Of a DNA stretch of 64,000 nucleotides, positions 9,999 to 22,020 are shown one piece after another; position 1 is the stretch's first letter, and the number at the start of each line of letters is the position of its first letter. The DNA lies in assembly GCA_019828565.1 (NCBI GenBank), contig JAHDYR010000045.1:1-64000 (forward strand). Direction: 5' to 3'. The notes below the pieces were generated by a model that searched no databases, was not told where the DNA came from, and saw only the letters and a list, made by a program, of their open reading frames with translations. The position numbers and the translations under genes are program-made. This stretch comes from Carpediemonas membranifera BICM (Eukaryota > Protista > Fornicata).

Positions 9999-10886
9999 AT
10001 GCAAGCAAAGACGTGGTTCCTAACATACCCGCGTTGGAACGCTGAAAGCCCTGTAGACTTCGACACAATCATCCAGGAGCTCGAAAAGGTCCTCGAAAGA
10101 GAGTTCTCGCGCAGCATTGAAGCATACATCATCGCTCGAGAAAAACACAGAGACACGGAGCCGGACAGCAACAATAACCTACACTTCCACGTCTTCTTGA
10201 AGCTAAACAAAAGAATGCAATGGACCGCAAAGACTAGACCGAACGCATGGGACCTATGGGGAAATCACCCCAATGTACAGACCTGCAGATCTCCTGAAGC
10301 AGTAGAAAAATACTGCCAGAAGGACGGCGACTTCGTCGCTAAAGGGATCGACCTACACGCAAAAGCAAAGAAGAGAAAGGCTTACAACCTAGACTTGTTC
10401 ACGAGAGATCCGATAGAGCTAGTCAAAGACGGCCTCGTGAACCCTGCCCAGTATCTCAACTGCGTGAAAGCACAAGCACACTATAAGCTTCACGCCGAAC
10501 CACAAACGCACGCCGACGACGTGCGCGGAGTATGGATATGGGGAGAGCCAGGGGTTGGGAAGTCACACGCTGCCAGACACGAATACGGTGAGAGTTTGTT
10601 TATCAAAGCCCAGAACAAGTGGTGGGATGGTTACAACGGCGAAAAGGCCGTTATTCTAGACGATCTAGATACACCGGTACTGAACCACTATCTCAAGATC
10701 TGGGCAGATAGATGGTCGTGCTCTGGCGAGGTCAAGGGATCTACAGTCCCACTCAAACACGAAAAGTTCATCGTCACATCCAACTACCCGATCGAACATT
10801 TTACCGAGGGAGATACTGCAATGAACGAGGCGCTGACGAGAAGATTCAAGGTGAGACACCTACAGAAATTAAGAGATAGAATGTAA
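9999..10886 (+). CDS. rep: CRESS Rep (HUH endonuclease + SF3 helicase)
   Basis: Motif I FLTYP, motif II LHFHVF, motif III YCQK, Walker A GEPGVGKS, Walker B ILDDL, motif C VTSN, Arg finger ALTRRF. Confidence 0.97.
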   Translation: MQAKTWFLTYPRWNAESPVDFDTIIQELEKVLEREFSRSIEAYIIAREKHRDTEPDSNNNLHFHVFLKLNKRMQWTAKTRPNAWDLWGNHPNVQTCRSPEAVEKYCQKDGDFVAKGIDLHAKAKKRKAYNLDLFTRDPIELVKDGLVNPAQYLNCVKAQAHYKLHAEPQTHADDVRGVWIWGEPGVGKSHAARHEYGESLFIKAQNKWWDGYNGEKAVILDDLDTPVLNHYLKIWADRWSCSGEVKGSTVPLKHEKFIVTSNYPIEHFTEGDTAMNEALTRRFKVRHLQKLRDRM

Positions 10887-11284
10887 AGACTAACGAACAA
10901 TTTAAGCAATCAAAGATTGGCCTGATATTGGCTAGAGCAGAAGGTATAATAGCCGAGGGGGTTGGCGCATATAGCGCAAAAATGAGGGAAAGGCGTGGGT
11001 TCAAGCGAGAAAAAGAACACCACGAACTATCGAAAAAAGACTTGGGTTCGAACCCAAGACGGATAGGAGAAATGCCACCCGGCTTCGCCGGGCGGACTTT
11101 GGGAAATCCGTATAGTAAATCATATCTAGATGAATCTAGCCGATTTACTGGATACGGCGGGCAGCTAGATTTAATGAAAATCTTGCCCGAAATGATTTGA
11201 TATAATCAAAATGAGACGATTCGCAATCTCGACACTGTCGACACCACGATCTCGCAAAACCCGCAGGGCCATAAGCACCAAGAA

Positions 11285-11511
11285 ATGGTTTGTTTACCGA
11301 TAATGCCCTGCGAGGGCTGGGAGCTATCTAATTAGTAATTACACAGGTACAAGACGTTCACGTTACGTTCTCTCCGCGTTGCGACGATGTAAGTTCCACT
11401 TAGCATATTCTTACGCAGTACACCATCCAGCAGGTTAAAGTCGAGGACCTACCGATCATCCACCCGCGCCATGAAAGCCCGGAGGGGCAGCAGCTACTGT
11501 CGGACGACTCT
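11285..11511 (+). pseudogene. 5' exons of a gene split by the LINE; continues at 23051
   Basis: ATG, intron 11288..11346, VQDVHVTFSPRCDD, intron 11389..11418, then YTIQQVK...QQLLSDDS. This joins in frame across the TSD to MFSTPPEADDD at 23051. Confidence 0.7.
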
Positions 11512-13948
11512 TCAGTTGAAATGTCCGGTATGGGAAGTTGACGAAACCAACCGGAAAAAGGCCAAAAGCTGGCAATCGGGATTTATCGGATCTCATTGAA
11601 AGCTATTCGAGCTCGAAGCGAGCGACGGTGCCCCGCGGCGCCAGCATCCACCAAATGGTAATTTCAGGACCAAGAGTTCGTCTGCTCTGGGGCACGAGAG
11701 CAGAAATGGGAAGTATTCTCCTAACCCACTAGCCATAGGGCACATTGGGGAAGCAAATTGCTCCCCGGAGGAGATCGCCCGTTGCGAAGCAGGTTAGCGC
11801 CAGAGCGGGCCGGCAGAGGACAACTGGCTGCTCCAGGTGAGGTGCGCACCACCTCACCTGGAGCCCACTCCCCTGCCCTGTATACCTCGCCGTGCGCCAA
11901 GCTATGTCGAGCAACAGATGATCGTCCTCGTGTGCCCAAAAAATGCACAGAGGCAAAAACCACCCAAAAGGGAATAAGTTAGCCTCGGTAGGAAAGCGTT
12001 GACAGAATACACAGTACTCTAACAACAAACAAAACCTACCGCCCATGCTCCTGGGACCCACAAGGGGACCAGACGCAACTAAACGCTCCTCGCACAAACC
12101 CACAAGGGAAATCAACGCGAACAAGCGTACTGCGCCACCTTTATGATTGAAACCCCTACCGTAACCGGTACCCGCAGTAGGCCCCAGAGGCACTGCGACA
12201 CGATTGCCTCAGACAACTTAACTGGGGCCATATGGCAAAGTAACCCGAGAGCACCGGGACCGGCGGCCAATAGGCTCTCACTGGGAGGCCACTGGGCCAC
12301 ACTACTCCGGCGCCCGTGCTCTCATGCCGCCCAAGACCGGGCTTGTGGACGTCATCGCCACGAGAGCCGGGATCGCCGCCCGCCGCCGGCATAGGCAACA
12401 GGGCCACCACAACAGGCCCCCAGTACACCAGCCATACCGGACAACAGACCGGGAGCGCTGAGGGCCCCGTCCACAGCCCCACAAGAAACGCCCAGCCGAA
12501 GCCAAAAGGCATAAACCATCACGGTGTTTACCAGGACTCACAACCTCTTGGGAGTGACGCGACCCAGGAAGGAAACAACCGGGCTGCGACCACAAGATAC
12601 AGGACGAGGGGCGTGAATGGCAACCAGCTGGTGCAGCCGGGCGTCTATGCGAGCACGAAGGCGCTTATAGACCCGCATTTGGCCCCTCAGCTCAGCGTCG
12701 AAACCCCGAGCCGACTTAGACTCGTGGGGACTCAGGTCCTCGTCACGGTAATTCTGAGCCAGGTAGGAAAAAGCAGCGGCACGCTCCCGCCACCGGCTGG
12801 CCAGGACGTCCACCTGGGCAAAATCGTCAGCTATGGTCCGCAGGAAATGCGCCTCCCAACCCCGAGGAGTCGCCGGGCCAGGAGTCGGGGACTCCCGAGA
12901 AGGAGCGGTGAAGCCCCTGCCGCCACAAGGCAAGGGACTACCCTGGGGCCCGGAGGGGAATATGGGATCCCCCGTCGGAGTGCGAAGAGGGCCCTGCTTC
13001 CCGGGAAAGAGGCGGCGCCCCCGAAATCGGAGTCCAGGCCGTACTCGGGCCAAGGACTCGATAGGGATCGGAGTGCATAACCCCTGGTAATGCACCTCCC
13101 CCTCTGGGGACCGCTGGGCAGCGGAGGCGCCGGCCGAATGGCCAGGAGGAGGCGTGAAGGTGGAAGGAGAGATGGAACGGACGCATGGGGAATAAGGGAC
13201 AGCAGCCCCGTGTGGGGCGATGCTCCCTGTCCCTGCAATAAGGTTCCCTTTTGGGTTTTCGCCAGACATGTTTTTGTGTGGAAACAAGGTCCGCAACAAA
13301 CCTCGCATACCTCGCCCCTGAACCATCCGCCCTGAGGAAGGGAAAGGAGCCATACAAGACCAGGACATCGCTGGCTGGCGCCCCTTGGAACCTCCACCAA
13401 ACCTCCTCAAGCCCCTCCAAGAAGCTGGCAAAAGTGCACTTCCCGCCTTTTGCCACTCCAAATGGAAACAGGGGAATATCCCAACAGGGACATGCCAGAT
13501 AGGGAAGAAAGCATGATTTATGGCTTATTCGCCCTTAAGGCTGCACCCAGAAGGGATCTCAGGAAAACCAGAAGGGAAAAAGCAAATACGTCCATTATCC
13601 AGCTCGGCAACGCGATAGGATACGACAAGATTGTAGACCCAGAACAGGGAAGCTTTACAGCAAAGGAAGGCCCAGGGGAGCTCCGGAAAAGCCGGGCCAA
13701 GAAGCTGTTTGCATCACTTCCCCTCCTGAGACGGTACACAAAAGCCGCCCAACAGCCATACTGGCTATTCATTGAAGGGAACCGGCTGGACCTAAGCAGG
13801 CGGAGACACTAAGCCGGCTTCGCCCAGGGTCCCCCAAATTTGTGTTCTCCCCAGAGTCCAGGCGGACTACTCCAAGTACGTAGCACATCCCCACCGGACG
13901 AGCCAGACGACACCAGCTAGTGAGCAACACACCCCATCACTTCTCCCC

Positions 13949-16900
13949 GTGGAGGAGGGCCTTGATCTCGGCCGAATCCATAACCGGGACTTTTCGAGAC
14001 CACGCCACACAATGACCTCGAACAGCTCCCAAAGCGCCCCAGACGCCTTGGATTGCGCAAACACCACCCCAAATGGGATCAAGGAGTCGTTAACGCCACT
14101 GGGCAAGCAACTGGCCACACCGGACGAATGGGACTGCATCAGAGCCTCAGCAGATGCGGCTATTCCCACAAGGGACGTTGCCATGGTCTTCACCAGAGAT
14201 GACGCAACGGACTTCACTGCCCGAACGGGAAAGGTCGCAAGGACGCTCCTCCTAGAGCTCGTGGCAACATCGCTGCAAGCTGCAGGACATTCTTCGATCT
14301 CAGGCAACGGCATCCAGACCAAGTACGGGATGGAGGCTGCAATGTGGCTCCTCCATGCCGCCGGACACGCCATCTCCGCGGGAGCTGCAGCCAGAGGGCT
14401 CCCCCTCACTAGGACGCGAAAACAAGAAGCTCTGGGCCGACCTAGGCCGGGAACTAGCCAAAGGGCAAGGCTACCACGCCCCTCACCCCCCGGAGGGAGG
14501 TTTCCGCAGACCAGACGACACGCCCATCCAGATCTGGACCCAGGGCCCCGTCGAGGAGATCCTCATCTACAGCAGAACCGAGGGTGTGATGAGGCCAGTC
14601 TTCCCACCCCCACCCCTGGAAGAAGAGCCTTCGGCAGCAGAGGCAGACCTGAGGGAGGAGGTCAGAGACCTCATCCAACGGTGGTCAGTCCCCGGCTTCC
14701 CCGAACTCTGGTCGGCATGGGATAAGACCAGGCGTCTCTGGCCCCCACCCGCGAGGATTGCCCGCGAACTGGTGTCTGCCTCCTTTCTGACGCGCAACAT
14801 CACTAACTACTGGCTCACAACGGGGCAGACCCAAGTTATAGAGCCCGTACGGGACGGGGCATCTCATGGAGCCCTGGGTACTAACGAAGAAGAAACCCCC
14901 CTGGGCCCGAGCGGCAGCAGGACTTCCGGCCCTGATGACACACCCACCACGCCAAACAAGGGCACATGCGGGCCCAGCATGGGAGCTAGCCCGCCTCGTT
15001 CCAATATCACCCAACGAGCCAACACCACCAGGCAGTTGATCGCTATGGTGGACTTTGAGGAAGGAAGAGCCAGATCCAACCAAGGAGACGAGGCCATCAT
15101 TTGCGAAGGGGCGGCACTGATTTTCGACCCAGCTAACGAGCAAATCCTCTACTACATGCACGGGATGCTTGGGGAAGACATCACAGTGGATGCCCTGGAC
15201 CAATGTCTGTGGGCCACGCACTACATCCATGGCTGCCCACCAGCTACGTTTGTCGACGTCACCACGGGCAAAGCCCCCAAGGGATACGAAGCAGACTTCC
15301 CCCACGCCAAGCGATGGTGCACCGAGATGGCTACAGAGCTGAAGAGACTGGAAGACGACTCGGGGCCACAGAAGACCCACGTCCACATCGTGGCTAAGGG
15401 AGTCGAGGCTGAGAGAAGCATCCTGACCAGTGAGAAGTTCGTCCCAGACGGGAACCTCCGCACCTGGCTAAGCTTACGCCTCATGGATGAAACTGACCTC
15501 AACACGATCTTCCCCAACATCCTCGACACGCTGACCTGGTTCTACCCCAATAGTGGGGAGAAGAGCCTCACCGGCCTCCCCTCCCGACCCCAGTCCGAAC
15601 TGGGCCGGACCTGGACCAGAAGGTACCAACAGCGCCCGGAGGCAAAATTGGTGTGCCCCTATCACAAGCACGCACCCCACCACTGCCACTGCGCCCTAGC
15701 AGATGTCTCCATATTCTACGCCAGACTAGCAACAGCGTTCTGGATGAGAGACAACCCAGGCTGGGACTGGGGGCAGGTAGAAGCCCACCTCACAGCCCTA
15801 GGAAGCATGCTCATGGGCAGGGAGTCGCCGTACCATGATGAATACAAGGACCTGGCGACCAAAGTCAACGCCAGACACGGCCTCGGCACCGTGGCGGCCG
15901 GTCGCCTAACCCCATTGTCCCAACAAGTCAACCTCTTTGGCACCAAGAACCCCAAACTGGGCCAGATTATCATGACCAACTGGGAGGAAAACGATTTCAG
16001 CTCCGAAAAGGGTATCACCAGAGCCCTGGAAGGAACAGCCGTGATCATCGGAAACCCAGAATCGCTCGCGAGAGTAGGCGAACCAGCGCGACCCATCCTC
16101 CTGGAAATCCACTCGGAGTGGAACGGGCGCGCAGTCCGGCGCATCCCTCCGGCGCGCAAGGGGGTACCCCCTCCCCACACAGTGGGGGCGCACCAGGAGG
16201 ATGATGCATGGCAGACTGGCGGAGGTACTGGATGACGCAAGAAGCTACCCACTCCGTCGGTAACCTGCCGGGAAGGCAGGGCCATCCTGATGTGGCCCGG
16301 CGCCTAGCCAGGAACACTGGAAGACGTGGCAACCGCCCCTGGGAGCTCCCCCCGATAATGGGAACCTGGAGTGAAATCGAACAGCGCTAGATGAGCCCGA
16401 ACGCAGCCGGCAAGTCCGTGGAAGTCTACCTACGCGGCGTCGGTGGGTTCCTAACCCGGCCCAGCTGGTACGGCGAACTCTAGACCCGACCCCGCCCTGG
16501 CGGGTGCCTGAAACATGGCGAGCGGGTCGAGGAAACTCCAGGACCTCCCTAGGGGACCCGGGGGAGAGGGGAAACGTACGGAAGGTCCCTGACAGCAGCG
16601 TGCAGGGCAAGGCTTTGTAGGTGCCAGGCAGACCTGGGACCCAAAGGGCCCCTAAGAGTAAGACCTGGGTTAGCCTAACTTTGGGGGTATTAATGTGGCC
16701 ATGTATAGGATCCCTCTAGCGTACCAGCTAGGCCTTGACGGCCGTTGTTCACGCCCTCTTAGGAAGTGTTAGGTGTGCTCTGTAGAGGTACCAACACGCT
16801 TAGGCGTTCCTCGAAGGGGTGACACAAACTGTGACATTCAGCTTACACAGCAGGACGAGTAGCAGGACACATTAAATTCTTTCTTCTTCTTCGGAGTGGA

Positions 16901-17232
16901 ACGGGCGCCGCCGCGCTGTCCAAGACGGTTTCCCTTGGGCGAACCTGAGGGGGGAGCCCACGGAAATAGACGCGGAAAAGATGCTTACTCTAGACGTCAG
17001 CGACACCAAAACGATGACCCTATCCCAAGCGGCGTCTTTGATGCCCGTCCACAAATTCGACATAGCTGGAGGCCACATGGGCAGAGAAGCCAGGAAGAAG
17101 ATCTTCAACTACTTCACGGAGGTCCCAGCCGACGATCGAGAACTCCTGGCCAACATGTGTGTCGACCCGGAGACAGGCTCCATCAACTTCCTCCCCTCGT
17201 TCCTCCCCCGGGACTGGGGGTATCACGGATGA
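13949..17232 (+). CDS. LINE accessory ORF with DEDDh exonuclease of Maelstrom/arenavirus-NP type; interrupted by 16131..16890, probable frameshift near 14405
   Basis: Motifs IAMVDFE (ExoI), THYIHG, IVAKGVEAERSIL (ExoII-like) and CPYH....HCHCALADV. Removing the nested insert restores the frame into MLTLDVSD...GYHG. Confidence 0.65.
16131..16890 (+). mobile_element. Nested 760-bp retroposed element (SINE-like, or 5'-truncated related LINE)
   Basis: 18-bp TSD tcggagtggaacgggcgc at 16113..16130 and 16891..16908; tail ttaaattctttcttcttct; 3' ~500 nt homologous to the host LINE 3' end. Confidence 0.92.
16393..16870 (+). ncRNA. Conserved structured 3' RNA, copy in the nested element
   Basis: Shares sequence blocks and hairpins with 22518..23010; long-range pair agctggtacg/cgtaccagct. 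Confidence 0.6.
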
Positions 17233-18025
17233 ACCAGCAGAAAGAGGGAAGAGGCGAGTGGGCACCTTGAGGAGCGCCTCCTGGAGAGGCAAACTCGCCC
17301 TGGCGGGCTCAGGCGTGGAACACCCAAAAGGGGGGAAGCCATGGGACACGCTGAACTGTGTTTTCCCGGAAGGCGCCAGCACTAACGCCAAGAACAGACT
17401 GAGGACCGAGAGGAAGCAGGCGCTTCGAACAAAGGTGAGACGAAGGGCTACTGAACTCGCCAAGATGCTCCACAGGAGGACGGAGGTCTACCTGCCGAAT
17501 GGCGGCATAGGGGGCCTATATGGCCCTCCACGCGGGCAAATTGTCACTGAACAACCGCAAAGTAGCAGGACAGAGCGAACAGAGCCCGGGCCCCATCCAA
17601 CTAAGAGCTGTGCCCCCCCCCATACCCCCAACCCATCAGCCAAGACCCGCCAGGTCAGACAGGTGGACCAAGAGGACCTGCAGCCCAAAAGAGCACGACA
17701 GGAGGACACCGACCTGGGCAGAGGCATAGCGGCCCTGCTGGACCAAGCCATGGCCCGGCGAGAAGCAGAGGTCAGACAACAGCTGGAAGAAGCTGCAGCC
17801 AGAACCATCAACGAGCTCAAGGCCAAAAGCCAGGAGCTGGAGGAAGAACGGGAAGCCCGGAGAGCAGCCCAAGCTGCGTTGGACGAGATGCGGAAGGACC
17901 TCAGGGAGACAACGGAGAAGTGCTCGTCTCTAACCGAAGAGAACGAGGACTTACTCAGCCGCGCGGCCCGACTCTCGGCAACCAACGAAGCCCTCAGCTT
18001 CACCCCTAGCAGCCAAGATGGATAA
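17159..18025 (+). CDS. ORF1-like coiled-coil protein of the LINE
   Basis: Long E/R/A/L heptad-rich C-terminal half, upstream of APE-RT; a Cys/His-rich ORF follows (18174..18449). Confidence 0.55.
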   Translation: MSTRRQAPSTSSPRSSPGTGGITDEPAERGKRRVGTLRSASWRGKLALAGSGVEHPKGGKPWDTLNCVFPEGASTNAKNRLRTERKQALRTKVRRRATELAKMLHRRTEVYLPNGGIGGLYGPPRGQIVTEQPQSSRTERTEPGPHPTKSCAPPHTPNPSAKTRQVRQVDQEDLQPKRARQEDTDLGRGIAALLDQAMARREAEVRQQLEEAAARTINELKAKSQELEEEREARRAAQAALDEMRKDLRETTEKCSSLTEENEDLLSRAARLSATNEALSFTPSSQDG

Positions 18026-18648
18026 CTTCAGGTCTGACCTGAGAAGGAAGAGAGGCGAGGAGAAGGAAGGAGAGTAGAAACAATCATAAGTAAGAGGTGC
18101 AGAGGGTAGTGTGATATAAGTCTGAGCTAAAAGTGTATATATGAACCAGCATGTATGGCCAGGCTGTGACTAGTTGGGCCTTAAAGTCCAAATGGACACC
18201 GGCGAACCATTCCGGCGGGAGCAAAAATGCAACACATTCTTTTTCAACAAACCCCTGTGCCCCACAGGGCCGGGGGCAGGGTTACCAAAAGGTAAAAAGA
18301 GCCCTGCCTGTCCGGCAGGCTGTAACTCCAGCCTTGGGAGGGGCAACAACCACTGTCGCTCCCACCTAAGCTCGTTAGGTAATGGTCCTGCCATGCGGCG
18401 AGGAAGGAAGCTAAGCGGAGACCGGCAGCAATGCCGACAAGCATCGTGAGGCCCCGACTGTGAAAGGGAATGGTATGCCCTAGGCCGGGAACTAAGGGAA
18501 TACAGGCACAAGCCTGCCCAAAAGGAAACGACTGCTCGGTTAGAGGCCTCAGCAACCCACCAAAAGGTACGCCCAAAAAGGGAATGTCTACAAAGAGCAG
18601 ATTAGTGCGCGCAGGGTAACTCCCGCAGTTTATGTCAGAACAACCTGA

Positions 18649-21600
18649 ATGAGAATAATATCGCTAAACAGCGAAGGGCACCTAGCGGGCGCAAACGATT
18701 ACAGCGGATCCATAGCTTTATCCATCCGCAAGAGGATAAGGACTGATGCGATCCTCCTCCAGGAAACCAAGCGGTACGGTAATACCACCATCCCTTGCTG
18801 GGTAGATCTCCAGTACGCCTGTGCAGGAGAGGTCAAGCCATTAGAGGCAACGCGCAAGCGACCCACAAAGGGACTGGCCACACTGATTAGCCCGCACTCC
18901 AAAGCGGAATGGGACGTAGGCGTGTCCGACGGGACGAACCCACGAATCCAAGTAAGCATCCTCAAAGCATCGAGGGCCACGGCAGTCATCAATATCTACG
19001 CTCCCGATAGTGGATGTGCACGACCCGAGATTGAGGAGTTCGACCGGATGCTAGAGCAAACCGTCGCGAACTATGAGGGGTGTGACATCATCATCATCGG
19101 GGACTGGAACAGGAGGCCAGGGAAACTCAGGCAAGCAACTGCGATGACCCTCCAGCGATGGAACCTCACCCCAATAGCACCAACTGCACCGACGTACGGG
19201 ACTAACTCCCGAACGTCCACAATAGACTATGCAGCGGTAACAGGGGGTATCCAAAACCCGGTTGTTAGGGTAATAGACAAGACCACAATCGGGCACTGGG
19301 GGTCGGCACACAAAGCCATAGAGCTCACCTGGGATAGCAACCCGACAGGGAAACCAGAGATATCAAAGAGACTGGAAATCCCACGGATCGATACGTGGCT
19401 GGTCAAACCCAGGAGAACAGGGCCCAAGCTAGAAGAGTGGCCACCACTAGACAGCAAAATACCAGTGGACGAGATGGAGACTCTCATAAGGAAATGGTTG
19501 TCCACCGGGTTTGCTACCTCCAGAAGGCACCCATTCGCTGTAGAAAACCAGGAACGTATCCCTAGTGAGGTATGGGAACGGCTGGCCAAAGCATCCACCT
19601 GGAGCAAAACCGCCGCCAAAGATATCAAAAAGTCCCTCAACGGAGCACTGAGCAGATCATGGAGGACCTTCCAACATGACTGGAATGAGCAGGTTGAGGT
19701 TGGATCCCGTGATGGGTACAAAACGACAAAAAGGATCCTCGCAAACCAAGTGTTCCGCTTCTGGAACGAGAAGCAGCACGCCGGTCTCCCGGTAATGCTG
19801 AAGGCTGGAAACAAGATTCTAGCAAGGCAGAGGGAGATTGCAGACTCCCTCCAGGAGCAGTACGCGAAGGTCAGCTCCGGGAAGGAACCCACCTGGGAAC
19901 CCACCTGGGAAACCGAGCCAAAAACGGACATGGAGGACCATCCGCCATCGCTTGAAGAAGTGACAGCGGCGGTCAAGTCCATAAGGAAGTCCTCGGCCGG
20001 AGGCCCGGACGGGATTATTGGAGATTGTCTGAGGGACCTCCCCGAGTCAGCGTACGAGGCAATCACAATCCTGCTCGCGAAAGTATACGACAGCGGGACC
20101 ATGCCAACCACATGGAAGTATGCAGCGGTGTCGCCTATCCACAAGGTTGGGAAGGACAAGCTCACGCCCAGCTCGTACAGACCGATCTCCCTCACCCCCC
20201 TCCTATACAGAGCCTACGGGAGGATACTGAAATGGCGCCTCAGGCCGACGGTGGAGAAGTTCATCCCCAGAGAGCAAGTTGGGTTCATGAAAGGGAAAAC
20301 TGTAGTGGATCACATAGCCCTCCTAGCCCAACTCCACCAGTCCGGAAACCGTACCAGCGTCCTACTTGACATAGCAAAAGCATATGATACGGTCCCAAGG
20401 GACCTGCTGGTGAACAAGTTGACGCTCATGGGGGGTACACCCAAGACTGACGAGGGCCATCCGAAATACACTTACAGAAACGTACATCTCGGTACGAGGG
20501 GCAAGCACATGGTCCAGAACAAACATGGGGGTCAAGCAAGGATGTGTGGTGGCCCCCACTCTGTTCATTCTCTTCACAGCTAACTGGCTAAGCCAGGCGG
20601 CACTGTACCTCCGGCATAGAGAGATCCCGGACCCCTGCCTCCCTCCAACGGACGATAGGCCCAAAAACTGCCTCATTGCAATGTTTGTAGATGATACAAG
20701 CATCTCAGCCGAGACCCCGCAGCTCGCCGAAGAAGGCACAGACGCAGTGGTCAGGGTAATTGAAGCCCATGGACTCCAGACCAGCCCAGGCAAAAGTGTG
20801 GTGATAAGTACCGACGTAACTGCAGCGGTCAGCATCCAAGGAACTCCCACACTGGCGTCAGACTCAGCAAGGTATCTGGGACTCTGGCTAGCCAGCGGGA
20901 AGAATCCGTTGGCAGCATGCATCAAAATGAAGACGTCACAATCCCGGAAATACCTAGCCCTGGCAGGAGAGCAGGGTGGACCAAAGGATCCACCCCGGCC
21001 GCCACCTCGGAATCCATCCTCAGAACCTTCCTCTGGCCCAAGATCGAGTTCGGGATCGAGATCTGGGGCCAAGCGCTCAGGGGAAGAGCCATCTGGAACA
21101 ACTGGCGCGGCCTAATGGCAGGCACAGGACCAGGGGGAGGAGGAGCCGCCCGTGTACTAATGGGATGGATGTGCTGGGAGGCAGATATGGGGCAGAGAGC
21201 GGTGAGGCTCTATGAGTCTGCGCACGACCCGGACCGTCCGACCCCCCTAGGGAATCTGGACTGGGCGACAGCGGAGAGAGGATCGGTCTTACATCGCCTC
21301 TACCAATGGCGACGGAGCGTCCTCCAGGGCACACAGGAGGAGATGCCCGCCAGGGAAAGAGCAAAGAGGGGAGGCTGTACCCTCACAGCAGAAGAACTAC
21401 TGCACACCGGGAGCCGAACGGACAAAGGGGTGGCAACAGTACTAGCCCCGGAAGTCATCCTCAGCATGCAGCAAGGGAAGAGACCCAAGAAACCAGGAAT
21501 GATCAAGGGTGAGATGATAACCAGACGGGAAGTCAAGAGAGTAATCATGACTGCATCCAACACACTCCCCTCCCCCAGCAACAGTGGCAGAAGCAGAGCC

Positions 21601-22020
21601 ATACTTGGGAGCGCGATCGGCCAGCCCCAGGCCCTCCTGAGCAGGATCAAGCGGTGTTGCCCCCTATGTACCCTGGACTCAGAAGGTGACACCATTACTC
21701 GCCTGTACACTGTCACCAGAACCGCGGCGGAAACCACCAAAATCCTCTCAGAATGGGCATACAACCAGCCCCTGGGAACACAAAGCCACATCATCTGCCA
21801 ATGCAAGGCGGTAGAACGCCCAGAAGGATGGAATGACATCCTGGCGGAGGCGCATCTACGCACACAGTACCACGCCCTAAGGCAAGGGCAGGAGGCGGAG
21901 TGGTACAACTCAAGGGCAATCCTGGAAATGCTCTGGCTCCTCCGCAGCGAGGACCATACCGTCAGAGAGGGACTGCAGAACGGCAGACGTGCCCTTCTGA
22001 ACCTCCGGAAAGACGGGTAA
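18649..22020 (+). CDS. ORF2: APE endonuclease + reverse transcriptase + C-terminal Cys/His motif; two frameshifts (~20435, ~20930)
   Basis: APE: RIISLN, LLQET, INIYAP, IIGDWN, TIDY, SAHKAI. RT: GPDGI, YRPISLT, LDIAKAYD, GVKQG, FVDD, YLG. C-terminal CPLC...HIICQC. Confidence 0.93.

Larger units (their letters stand above)
8093..11200. mobile_element. Endogenous CRESS-DNA virus, ambisense; boundaries approximate
   Basis: Rep on +, two ORFs on -, and a nonanucleotide stem-loop between the divergent genes. Confidence 0.9.

Noticed and set aside
11339-11348. ttacacaggt shared with 22993..23002 as the LINE TSD
   Set aside because: The first copy is better explained as an intron acceptor, and the second lies inside the element before the tail. 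The 14-bp TSD restores an ORF.
11620-11715. HDV-like ribozyme at the LINE 5' end
   Set aside because: The pairing order does not match the HDV double pseudoknot; it is kept only as an unspecified structure.
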